Assembly: GCA_039186325.1 (NCBI GenBank)
Contig: JBCDAD010000002.1
Location: 50-64,049 of the forward strand
Length of the DNA stretch: 64,000 bases
DNA from: Pseudomonadota bacterium
GTDB taxonomy: Bacteria > Pseudomonadota > Alphaproteobacteria > Caulobacterales > Parvularculaceae
Direction of reading: 5' to 3'
Shown here: one piece after another, positions 43,344 to 51,699 of the stretch
Layout: each line of letters opens with the position of its first letter
How positions within the stretch are numbered: position 1 is the stretch's first letter
Made by a program: the position numbers and the translations under genes
The notes under the pieces: model-generated
Told to the model about the DNA's origin: nothing
Databases searched by the model: none
The model's input: the letters and a program-made list of their open reading frames with translations, nothing else

Positions 43344-43889
43344 ATGGCTGAATTCGTTGGAGACAGCGGCCCTGACGGCGACACGCCGGAATCTCAGGAA
43401 GAGACTTTCACGGTAAAGGGCATCGTGAAGTGGTTTGACCCCACCAAGGGCTACGGATTTATCATTTCTGACGATGGGGGCGGGGACGTCCTGATCCATT
43501 CCACATGTCTGAAGGAAGCCGGTCGGACGACGGCACGGGAGGGTGCAAAAGTGGAATGTGAGGTGGTGCGTCGGAGCAAAGGGCTTCAGGCGCTGAAACT
43601 TCTGGCGATTGACGAGTCAGAAGCCAATCCCATTTTGCCGACAGCGCCGGTGATGAGCCAAACGCCGGCGGGCGAATTCACCCGGGCGACGGTGAAATGG
43701 TTTAACCGCGCGAAAGGCTACGGCTTTTTGACCTGTGGCGATGGATCGGAAGACATTTTCGTCCATATGGAAACGCTGCGCAGATGCGGCATGGGTGAGC
43801 TGGTGCAGGGCCAAAGACTGCAAGTTTCGTTCGCCGCCGGCCCGAAGGGCATGCTGGCGATGGAAATCCGTCCTGACCCTGAAAACTAA
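43344..43889 (+). CDS. Cold-shock protein with two CSD domains
   Basis: VKWFDPTKGYGFI and VKWFNRAKGYGFL...DIFVH. Confidence 0.9.
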   Translation: MAEFVGDSGPDGDTPESQEETFTVKGIVKWFDPTKGYGFIISDDGGGDVLIHSTCLKEAGRTTAREGAKVECEVVRRSKGLQALKLLAIDESEANPILPTAPVMSQTPAGEFTRATVKWFNRAKGYGFLTCGDGSEDIFVHMETLRRCGMGELVQGQRLQVSFAAGPKGMLAMEIRPDPEN

Positions 43890-43953
43890 GCAACAGCGGC
43901 CTGAATTGCCGCTTTACTTTCGTGTGAAGATATCCCAAGAGCTTCCTTCGGCT

Positions 43954-44030
<77 letters not shown>

Positions 44031-44057
44031 TTCTATCGCCGATGGAGAGCCAGGCTG

Positions 44058-44369
44058 ATGTCCACTGCGCGCATTTATAAACCATCAAAAACAGCCATGC
44101 AGTCCGGCGCTGCGAAAACCGAAAGCTGGTTATTGGAGCTGGAGCCGTCTGCGGCGCGTAAAATTGATCCCCTCATGGGTTGGACCAGCGGCGACGCAAT
44201 CACGTCCGGTCAGGTCGCCATGCGGTTTCCGACCAAGGAAGACGCGATCGCTTATGCCGAGAAAAATAATCTGGTCTATTCGGTGATCGAGGAACGGCGC
44301 AGGGTGAAAACGCCGAAGGCTTATTCCGACAATTTCGCTTATAAAAGACGCAAGCCTTGGACGCATTAA
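44058..44369 (+). CDS. ETC complex I accessory subunit (NDUFS4-like)
   Basis: [37 protein letters not shown]. Confidence 0.9.
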   Translation: MSTARIYKPSKTAMQSGAAKTESWLLELEPSAARKIDPLMGWTSGDAITSGQVAMRFPTKEDAIAYAEKNNLVYSVIEERRRVKTPKAYSDNFAYKRRKPWTH

Positions 44370-44379
44370 GGCCATATTC

Positions 44380-44456
44380 GGCCCCGTAGCTCAGCTGGAT
44401 AGAGCACCGGCCTTCTAAGCCGATGGTCGCAGGTTCGAATCCTGCCGGGGTCGCCA
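44380..44456 (+). tRNA. tRNA-Arg(TCT)
   Basis: GGCCCCG/CGGGGTC-G-CCA, A20 in the D-loop, anticodon loop CT-TCT-AA. Confidence 0.93.
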
Positions 44457-44533
44457 ATTCTAATTCTTTCTCTCCCGTCGCATGCGTGAGAGTTTATTCT
44501 GACGATCAGTTCCTGCTATGGTGGAGGTGAGCG

Positions 44534-44610
44534 GGCTCCGTAGCTCAATTGGATAGAGTAGCGGCCTTCGAAGCCGACGGTTGTAGGTTCGAGTCCTACC
44601 GGGGCCGCCA
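44534..44610 (+). tRNA. tRNA-Arg(TCG)
   Basis: GGCTCCG/CGGGGCC-G-CCA, D-loop AATTGGATA (A20), anticodon loop CT-TCG-AA, T-arm GTAGG-TTCGAGT-CCTAC. Confidence 0.88.
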
Positions 44611-44771
44611 TTATTTCGATCACGGACAATTGCCGGTCAATCTCCTCTGCGAGAGCGGCCGAACAAGCCAGACCTCAGACGCGGTCTTGAGGGAAGGGTC
44701 GACGTTTCTTCCGCTCCTCTCCGCCAGAGAATGAACCACAGGTCGGCGCCTGGCCAGCCTGCTTTCCTCCG

Positions 44772-45077
44772 CTAATCCAGTTCAGGTAAGGCGACCGCGT
44801 CAACATCGGATGTCGGCGCAGCGAGGGTCAGGTCAACGACCACACGATCGCCGGGTGAAAGCGTAACCTCTTGAGACAGATACCCGGCCTTTGCGATTTG
44901 CGCTGTGATCGGCGCGATGACTTGCGCGACAGTGCATGGCGTTTCGCATGGATCAAATCCGTCGATCTGAACAAGAGCGCCGCTCGGCATGCTGTCAATA
45001 GCGATCTGGTTTGGGTCTGTCGTCGCACACGCTGCAAGCAGGATTGACGCAATTACGCAGGTTACTGATCGAATCAT
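44772..45077 (-). CDS. Small PEGA-like domain lipoprotein
   Basis: LLAAC lipobox; IDSMPSGALVQIDG..CETPC..KAGY. Confidence 0.7.
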   Translation of the reverse strand: MIRSVTCVIASILLAACATTDPNQIAIDSMPSGALVQIDGFDPCETPCTVAQVIAPITAQIAKAGYLSQEVTLSPGDRVVVDLTLAAPTSDVDAVALPELD

Positions 45078-45106
45078 TGATCCACTCCGTTCCTTCAGGC
45101 GAAAAT

Positions 45107-46264
45107 TCACGCCTTCCCTAAAGCGCTGAAAGCGCGCTCAAGATCCATCTTGAGATCCTCAATGTCTTCCAGCCCTGCATGGATACGCAAGACCGCCCCG
45201 TCTTCCGCCCAAGTTGTCGCAGACCGGTTCGGCGCCGGCTTGACCGGCAAGCACAGGCTTTCATATCCGCCCCATGAAAACCCGATGCCAAAGAGCTTAA
45301 AGGCGTTGAAAAATGCACTCAATGCGTTTTCCGATTGGGCTTTCAAAACAACGCCAAACAATCCGCTGGAACCGGTAAAATCCCGTTTCCAGAGTTGATG
45401 ACCCGGACAGGATTTAAACGCCGGATGCAGGAGGCGATCGACTTCCGGGCGTTTGCCAAACCATTTGGCGAGGGCCAGTGCATTCTCCTCATGCTGCGCG
45501 AGGCGCGCGTTCAGCGTCCGCATGCCGCGCAATGCGAGATAAGCGTCGTCAGCCGAAACATTCGCCCCCAATTGCAAGAGTGAGTAAAAAATAGCGTGGG
45601 CGGTCTGATCGTCGGCGCTCGTGATGGAGCCGACCAGGCAATCGGCGTGACCGACCAGATATTTTGTCGCCGCCTGGACGCTGACATCAGCGCCTAGATG
45701 AATGGGCTTGCAGAAAAGTCCCGCGGACCAGGTATTGTCGACAATGAGTTTTGCGCCGCACGATTGCGCCAATTGAGCGAGAGACGGCAAGTCCTGCACT
45801 TCAAATGTCAAGGAGCCCGGCGACTCCGCGAATATCACTTTCGTCCGTTCAGTGATGAGCGCTGAAACATCATCTTTTGACGCCATCGGATCATAAAACG
45901 TCGTTTCAACGCCAAAGCGTTCCAGAAAGCGAAGGCAAAATTTGCGTGTCGGATCATAAGCTGTGTCAACCATGAGCACATGATCGCCCGATCCGACAAA
46001 CGCCAGGATCGCCGCCGTACAGGCTTGCAAACCTGATGGGGCGAGACGGGTTTCATAGCCGCCTTCGAGCGCCGTGATCGCTTCCTCAAGCGCGCGGTGG
46101 GTTGATGTACCTAGGCGGCCATAGACGATGTTTTTCGCACCTTCGAGATAATCTTCATACGTTGGAAAGAGAATTGTCGACGCGCGTTCCACAGTCGGGT
46201 TGACCGCATGGTGCGGCCGATGATGGGGCCGGCCGGTTGCAACGAGTTTGGTTTTATCTTTCAT
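45107..46264 (-). CDS. metC: Cystathionine beta-lyase
   Basis: YGRLGT, ESPGSLTFE, DNTW, AATKY PLP lysine, GFSWGGYESL. Confidence 0.93.
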   Translation of the reverse strand: MKDKTKLVATGRPHHRPHHAVNPTVERASTILFPTYEDYLEGAKNIVYGRLGTSTHRALEEAITALEGGYETRLAPSGLQACTAAILAFVGSGDHVLMVDTAYDPTRKFCLRFLERFGVETTFYDPMASKDDVSALITERTKVIFAESPGSLTFEVQDLPSLAQLAQSCGAKLIVDNTWSAGLFCKPIHLGADVSVQAATKYLVGHADCLVGSITSADDQTAHAIFYSLLQLGANVSADDAYLALRGMRTLNARLAQHEENALALAKWFGKRPEVDRLLHPAFKSCPGHQLWKRDFTGSSGLFGVVLKAQSENALSAFFNAFKLFGIGFSWGGYESLCLPVKPAPNRSATTWAEDGAVLRIHAGLEDIEDLKMDLERAFSALGKA

Positions 46265-46319
46265 AATCGCTCAAGCAAAATAGCCAGGACGCCGTATTCG
46301 CTCCCCTGTCTGCAATGTC

Positions 46320-46892
46320 TCAGTTGGGCGTTGGCGGTTGGTCCATCAGTTCGACCACGCCGTCTCGTCGATCGTAAACGTCAAATCCGTATTTTTGATA
46401 AAGCGGCAATGCGGCGGGATGATCCAGCGTGCATGTTTCAAGGCGCACTTTTTGCGGGTCTTTGGCCCACGCAATATCGATTATGTTTGACAGAAAAAAT
46501 CCGCCCAGGCGGCGACCTTGAAATTCCGGCGCCAGACCGAAAAACTTAATCTCGTGAAATGCATCATTCCGCCTGTCGATTTCTCCAAAACCGGCGGGCG
46601 CGCCGTTGGCGTAGAGGATGTAAATCTCAACGTCTGGATGATGAATGACGTCTTTTAGGTCCTGATCGCTCATGCGCCGTCGGCTGACCCAGTTACAGGA
46701 ATCGCCAACAAGTCTGTATAAATACCGATAATAGTGAATTGGTATTTCTATCGCCTGCAAGATCGCGATTTTACCCTTTGGCGATGGTTTCGGCGGGAAA
46801 GCGGGCCTGTTGGTCTGCTCTAGATACGTGACGGTTACGGTAACGCTTTTGGCGTTAGTCGTTGGTCGCGACTGGAAATGCCCCTGTGTCAT
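46320..46892 (-). CDS. GNAT family N-acetyltransferase
   Basis: FFGLAPEFQGRRLG, TCTLDHPAALPLYQKYGF; true start may be slightly downstream because this one overlaps sseA. Confidence 0.82.
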   Translation of the reverse strand: MTQGHFQSRPTTNAKSVTVTVTYLEQTNRPAFPPKPSPKGKIAILQAIEIPIHYYRYLYRLVGDSCNWVSRRRMSDQDLKDVIHHPDVEIYILYANGAPAGFGEIDRRNDAFHEIKFFGLAPEFQGRRLGGFFLSNIIDIAWAKDPQKVRLETCTLDHPAALPLYQKYGFDVYDRRDGVVELMDQPPTPN

Positions 46893-47733
46893 TGCTTAGG
46901 CGACCCCATTCCGCCCAAGAGCCATCATAAACCCGTACATGCTCGCAACCTATCAGGTGTAATCCAAGGGCGAGAATAGCGGCTGTCACGCCGGAACCGC
47001 AACTGCTTATTATTTCCTGATCCGGCGAAACGCCGACAGTGTCGAAGGTTTCGGCCAACGATTTCGCAGATTTCATCTGGCCGCGCTTATCAATAAGCTC
47101 GGTATAAGGCAGGTTTCGGGCGCCCGGCATGTGTCCGCACCGAAGACCCGAACGCGGCTCAGCCGTTCTTCCCGAAAACCGAGGCGCTGGACGGGCATCA
47201 AGCACAACAGCATTCTTGTTCGTCAACGCGCGTTGCACCATCTCTGCATCGGCAAGATGGTGCGGGCTGAAACTGGCGTGAAAAAGCGCAGATTGGCGGA
47301 TCTTCGAAGGGCCGTCTTCGAGAACACCGCCGGCATCGCGCCAGGCTGGCAGGCCGCCATTCAACACAACAACGGGCGCATGCCCCATCAACCGAAACGT
47401 CCACCAAACCCGCGGCGCGGAAAAAACGCCTATGTCGTCATATACGACGACGGTGTGATCATTCGACAGACCAAGGTTGCTGACATAAGCGGCAAACGCA
47501 TCAGGAGAGGGCGCCATATGAGGCAAATCCGTGTCCGGGGCCGCCGCCGCATCGATATCGAAAAACACGGCGCCCGGAATATGTCGCGCTAAATGGTCCG
47601 CATGCGCAAAGCCTGCGCCCGGCATACGCCAGGACGCATCGACAATTGCTAAATCCTGCCTGTGGAAATTTTCGAGAAGCCAAGCCGCCGACACCAAAGG
47701 CGGAATATGCGCATCGTCATCACTTACTTTCAT
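46855..47733 (-). CDS. sseA: 3-mercaptopyruvate sulfurtransferase (tandem rhodanese)
   Basis: HIPGAVFFDID, LPHM, CGSGVTA active site, YDGSWAEWG. Confidence 0.92.
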   Translation of the reverse strand: MKVSDDDAHIPPLVSAAWLLENFHRQDLAIVDASWRMPGAGFAHADHLARHIPGAVFFDIDAAAAPDTDLPHMAPSPDAFAAYVSNLGLSNDHTVVVYDDIGVFSAPRVWWTFRLMGHAPVVVLNGGLPAWRDAGGVLEDGPSKIRQSALFHASFSPHHLADAEMVQRALTNKNAVVLDARPAPRFSGRTAEPRSGLRCGHMPGARNLPYTELIDKRGQMKSAKSLAETFDTVGVSPDQEIISSCGSGVTAAILALGLHLIGCEHVRVYDGSWAEWGRLSNDTGAFPVATND

Positions 47734-48740
47734 GGCCCCTCGTCAAGCCAGGGCGGGACGGGCAGATTTTTGAATTTCAAAAATGCTGGATTGTAGATTT
47801 TGGACGCATACCGATTGCCATAATCGCACAAGATCGTCACAATTGTGTGTCCGGGTCCCATATCTTTCGCCAATTTGATGGCGGCAGCGATATTAACGCC
47901 GCTTGACCCGCCCATACAAAGGCCTTCTTCTACGACGAGTTTGAAGACGATCTCCAGAGCTTCCGCATCTGTAATTCGATAAGCATCATCGAATTTCAAT
48001 CCTTCGAGATTGGCTGTGACGCGGCCCTGTCCGATACCTTCCGTAATGGATGCCCCTTCTGCAGTCAGCTCGCCGGATTTGATCCAGCTGTAGATTTTTG
48101 CCCCCATTGGGTCGGCCGCAACACAACGAATATCTGGGTTGCGTTCTTTCAACGCCATGGTCACGCCAGCGAGGGTCCCGCCTGAACCGACCGCACAGGT
48201 AAATGCATCGACGTTTCCATCTGTTTGCCGCCAGATTTCCGGTCCTGTTGTGTGATAATGCGCATCGCGATTGGCGACATTGTCGAACTGGTTCGCCCAA
48301 ATCGCGCCGTTGGGCTCAGAATTGTTCATTTGATCGGCGAGGCGGCACGAGTATTTGATATAGTTATTTTCATCGCTATACGGAACAGCGTCGACTTCTA
48401 TCAGTTCGGCGCCGAGCAAACGAATGGCCTGTTTTTTCTCTTCGGTTTGCGTTTGCGGTATAACAATTTTGACACGATAGCCAAGCGCGCCGCCGACCAT
48501 TGCGAGGCCAATGCCGGTATTTCCGGCCGTCCCCTCAACGATGACGCCGCCCGGCGCAAGACGATTCTCCTTCTCGGCGTTCCGGATGATGCCGAGCGCT
48601 GCCCGGTCCTTGACGGATTGACCCGGATTTAAAAACTCCGCTTTGCCGAGAATTGTGCAACCGGTTTCTTCTGATGCCCGTTTCAGTTTGATAAGTGGCG
48701 TATCGCCGATCGCGTCGATAACGGTGGATAGTGGCGCCAT
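47730..48740 (-). CDS. cysK: Cysteine synthase A
   Basis: IGDTPL, KAEFLNPGQSVKDR, GTAGNTG, GSGGT; start at ATG 48740. Confidence 0.9.
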   Translation of the reverse strand: MAPLSTVIDAIGDTPLIKLKRASEETGCTILGKAEFLNPGQSVKDRAALGIIRNAEKENRLAPGGVIVEGTAGNTGIGLAMVGGALGYRVKIVIPQTQTEEKKQAIRLLGAELIEVDAVPYSDENNYIKYSCRLADQMNNSEPNGAIWANQFDNVANRDAHYHTTGPEIWRQTDGNVDAFTCAVGSGGTLAGVTMALKERNPDIRCVAADPMGAKIYSWIKSGELTAEGASITEGIGQGRVTANLEGLKFDDAYRITDAEALEIVFKLVVEEGLCMGGSSGVNIAAAIKLAKDMGPGHTIVTILCDYGNRYASKIYNPAFLKFKNLPVPPWLDEGP

Positions 48741-48869
48741 AGGAACGAACTCGCGAATTTGGTTTGACAAGGTCGAACAAACAAACTGCCGTTTGTTCTC
48801 GTCGACCGAAAAGCGATTTTTTCTAATAGGATTTAGAGGGACCATAAAGCCTGCTCACCAGACTGTTAC

Positions 48870-49673
48870 CTATCCCGAAGACGGCTCCGCCTTTGCGTCC
48901 CGCCAATGCGCTTCCATCTCGTCCAAAGACATATCCGTCATGGACCGGTTCGCGCGCGCCGCTTGCTTTTCAATATACTGGAAGCGACGGGTGAATTTCT
49001 GATTGGTCCGGCGCAACGCCGCTTCAGGGTCGATATCCAGATGGCGGGCGAGATTTGTGAGAACAAACAGCAAGTCGCCGAACTCATCTTCTATCTCTGA
49101 TTGTGATTTCACATCGCGGGCTTCAACGAGTTCTTCTGTTTCTTCGGTAATTTTGGCCAGCACCGCGTTCGCATCGTCCCAATCAAATCCGACGCGCGCG
49201 GCGCGCTTTTGCAATTTGACGGCCCGTGTCAGTCCCGGGAGCCCAACAGGGACATCGTCCAATAATCCGTTCTTTCCTTTTTCCTGTCTTTCTTTTTCTT
49301 TTTGAATTTCCCACGCCTCGGTTTGTTCAGACGCATTGCGATGGTCTGCATCGGCGAACACATGAGGGTGGCGCCGGACCATCTTATCGGCGATGGCGCG
49401 AGCGACATCGTCGAAATCAAAATGACCCGCCTCGCGCGCCATCTGTGCGTGGAATACGGTTTGGAACAGGAGATCGCCGAGTTCGTCCTTCAACGATTCA
49501 TAATCTTCGCGCTCGATAGCGTCGGCCACCTCATAAGCCTCTTCGATCGTGTAGGGGGCGATCGTGCGAAAATTCTGCTCCAGGTCCCAGGGACACCCGG
49601 CATTCGGATCCCGTAATCGCGCCATAATATCGATCAGGCGGTCAATATTTCCGGTATTTCGTTGGGCGGACAT
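48870..49673 (-). CDS. mazG: Nucleoside triphosphate pyrophosphohydrolase MazG
   Basis: GCPWD.EQ, EEAYEV, DELGDLL, RRHPHVF, EFGDLLF. Confidence 0.95.
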   Translation of the reverse strand: MSAQRNTGNIDRLIDIMARLRDPNAGCPWDLEQNFRTIAPYTIEEAYEVADAIEREDYESLKDELGDLLFQTVFHAQMAREAGHFDFDDVARAIADKMVRRHPHVFADADHRNASEQTEAWEIQKEKERQEKGKNGLLDDVPVGLPGLTRAVKLQKRAARVGFDWDDANAVLAKITEETEELVEARDVKSQSEIEDEFGDLLFVLTNLARHLDIDPEAALRRTNQKFTRRFQYIEKQAARANRSMTDMSLDEMEAHWRDAKAEPSSG

Positions 49674-49871
49674 GCGAAAGCTCCGAATCCTCATGGTTGA
49701 ATGCCATCTTTAGCGCCTTGTGGCCGTGGCGTCGCGCAATAATGTTCCGCGTATTTTGCGGCCGCGAGCCGAAAAATGCGCATTTTTCGTGCTTGCTACG
49801 GGCGCCTTGTGGATGCCGGTCTGTCCGAAGTAAAAGCCCTTTGGAAAACCAATAAACAAGGAACGCTGCGC

Positions 49872-50795
49872 ATGCCCATCACCGAGACCAGACTGATCTG
49901 GCGCAATGGCGAAATGATCCCGTGGGCGGATGCGACGGTGCATGTTCTGACCCACGGCCTGCATTATGGCACGGCCGTCTTCGAAGGCGTACGAGCCTAC
50001 GACACCAAACACAAAGGCGTTTGCGTCTTCCGTAATCTCGAACATATGGAGCGTTTGCTCTATTCCGCCCGCGTCTACGATATCGATATCAACTATTCCG
50101 TCGACGAAATCATGAAGGCGACCCGCGAGGTCGTATCGGAAAACGATCTCACGTCGGCTTATATTCGTCCGGTCGCTTATCTCGGCTATGGCGAGATGGG
50201 GCCGGGATCACCGAATGTTCCCTCTGAACTCGCGATCGCGGCGTTCCCCTGGGGCGCATATCTCGGGGATGAAGGTCTGAAGAACGGCATTGACGTTGCA
50301 GTCTCCAGCTGGCGGCGGTCAGCGCCCGGAACAATCCCGGCTGGGGTAAAAGCCGCCGGTAATTATCTTTCTAGCCGGCTGGTGTCGCTGGAGGCGAAAA
50401 AGAACGGTTTTGCTGAGGGCATCGGCCTCGCACATGACGGCACGTTGAGCGAAGGCGCCGGCGAAAACCTGTTCATCATCAAGAATGGCCGATTGATTAC
50501 GCCGCCAGCGGCGTCTGCAATCCTGTCCGGCATCACCCGCGACACGGTCATCACTCTGGCGAAGAAGTTGGGTTTTGAAGTGATCGAACAAGCCTTGCCG
50601 CGCGAGATCCTGTATGGCGCTGATGAAGCGTTTTTTACCGGGACAGCTGCCGAAGTCACGCCTATTCGTTCTGTAGACAGACTGAATGTCGGATCTGGCG
50701 ACAGGCCGATTACATCGGCGATCCAGAAAGCGTTTTTTGGATTATTTTCCGGAGAAACCGATGATGAATGGGACTGGCTGGATCCAGTGCGTTAA
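49872..50795 (+). CDS. ilvE: Branched-chain amino acid aminotransferase
   Basis: HGLHYG..VFEG, KAAGNY, EGAGEN, LSGITR, GTAAEVTP. Confidence 0.93.
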   Translation: MPITETRLIWRNGEMIPWADATVHVLTHGLHYGTAVFEGVRAYDTKHKGVCVFRNLEHMERLLYSARVYDIDINYSVDEIMKATREVVSENDLTSAYIRPVAYLGYGEMGPGSPNVPSELAIAAFPWGAYLGDEGLKNGIDVAVSSWRRSAPGTIPAGVKAAGNYLSSRLVSLEAKKNGFAEGIGLAHDGTLSEGAGENLFIIKNGRLITPPAASAILSGITRDTVITLAKKLGFEVIEQALPREILYGADEAFFTGTAAEVTPIRSVDRLNVGSGDRPITSAIQKAFFGLFSGETDDEWDWLDPVR

Positions 50796-50822
50796 CACGG
50801 GGCTCTTGGCGTGGGTGCCTTG

Positions 50823-50838
50823 GTAATATTCCGTTAAC
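50823..50838 (+). promoter_or_regulatory. CtrA-like box upstream of the LeuD-like gene
   Basis: GTAA-tattccg-TTAAC followed by TTGACG. Confidence 0.35.
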
Positions 50839-50965
50839 CTCTTTTTTATTGACGGGCGGATTCTGCGCGCGGTAAGAATTCACCATAAAAATGCTGTGCG
50901 AGTCGTGGCGTGCGGCGCAATAATGGTCGACCAATCGGCCGGAAAAGACAAATTGAGGGGCCGCC

Positions 50966-51538
50966 ATGACGCGCTTTCGCACGCTCACCTCGCCGGTGAA
51001 GCCATTCTTCCGCGATAATGTGAGTACGGATGTAATCTACGCCGGACCAAGAGCGGATTTGCAGACGGGGATAGTCGCGCACAATATTTTCCGTCACTTC
51101 CGATTTGACGAAACTGGCCGTGAAAGGCCGGAGAGTCTGTTCGATAAAAAACCATTCGACAAAGCTGCGATCCTTGTCGCCGGCCGGGGCTTTGGCGGCG
51201 GCAAAACGCCCGATGTCGCTGCGCAGGCTTTGCGGGCTTTTGGCGTTCAGTGCGTCACCGCAGTGTCATTCAGCAAGAAATTCGAAACAGCAGCGCGTCG
51301 CGCCGGCATATTGCCCGTGACGGTAAACTACCGGGAAGCAGCGACTCTGGCTGAAGAAGCCGGTGAGGGCGATGCAATCACGATCGACGCCGAGGCTGGC
51401 CAGATCATCACAAGCCATGGGGAACGGATTGGCATTTCCGTTGAGCCTGGTGAAGATCCAGAAGACAGCGAGCGTTCGGGTAAGGCGGGCGGTGACGCGG
51501 CGGCGCCTGATCATTTGTTTGTCAGCGCCGCGCCTTGA
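50966..51538 (+). CDS. LeuD-like (aconitase swivel domain) protein with degenerate catalytic motifs
   Basis: Collinear with LeuD (MTRFRTLT, NVSTD, RFDETGRERP, ILVAG, FGVQCV..SF, GILP) but has GFGGGKTPDVA in place of NFGCGSSREHA. Confidence 0.7.
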   Translation: MTRFRTLTSPVKPFFRDNVSTDVIYAGPRADLQTGIVAHNIFRHFRFDETGRERPESLFDKKPFDKAAILVAGRGFGGGKTPDVAAQALRAFGVQCVTAVSFSKKFETAARRAGILPVTVNYREAATLAEEAGEGDAITIDAEAGQIITSHGERIGISVEPGEDPEDSERSGKAGGDAAAPDHLFVSAAP

Positions 51539-51591
51539 AACAGGCAGATTGGGGTGAGGTAATCGGCTCACGGCGCCGGCAGTTTCGCCAA

Positions 51592-51605
51592 TTGATGAAA
51601 ATCAA
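51592..51605. promoter_or_regulatory. FNR/FixK-type box
   Basis: Exact TTGAT-gaaa-ATCAA about 95 bp upstream of the acylase start. Confidence 0.5.
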
Positions 51606-51699
51606 TGTCATTTGATTTGCTAATCCATCGGCGACGATTTACGTCGCCACACAGGAAATGCGTGTCTTATCGCCCTGATAGGGGAGAGAAAGGTATCCT

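Noticed and set aside
44380-44610. Second Arg tRNA as an att-site remnant of an integrated element
   Set aside because: It is full length with compensatory stem changes, and there is no integrase or cargo between or beside the genes
44611-44771. Possible small ORF or RNA downstream of tRNA-Arg(TCG)
   Set aside because: No convincing start codon, motif or stable repeated structure seen
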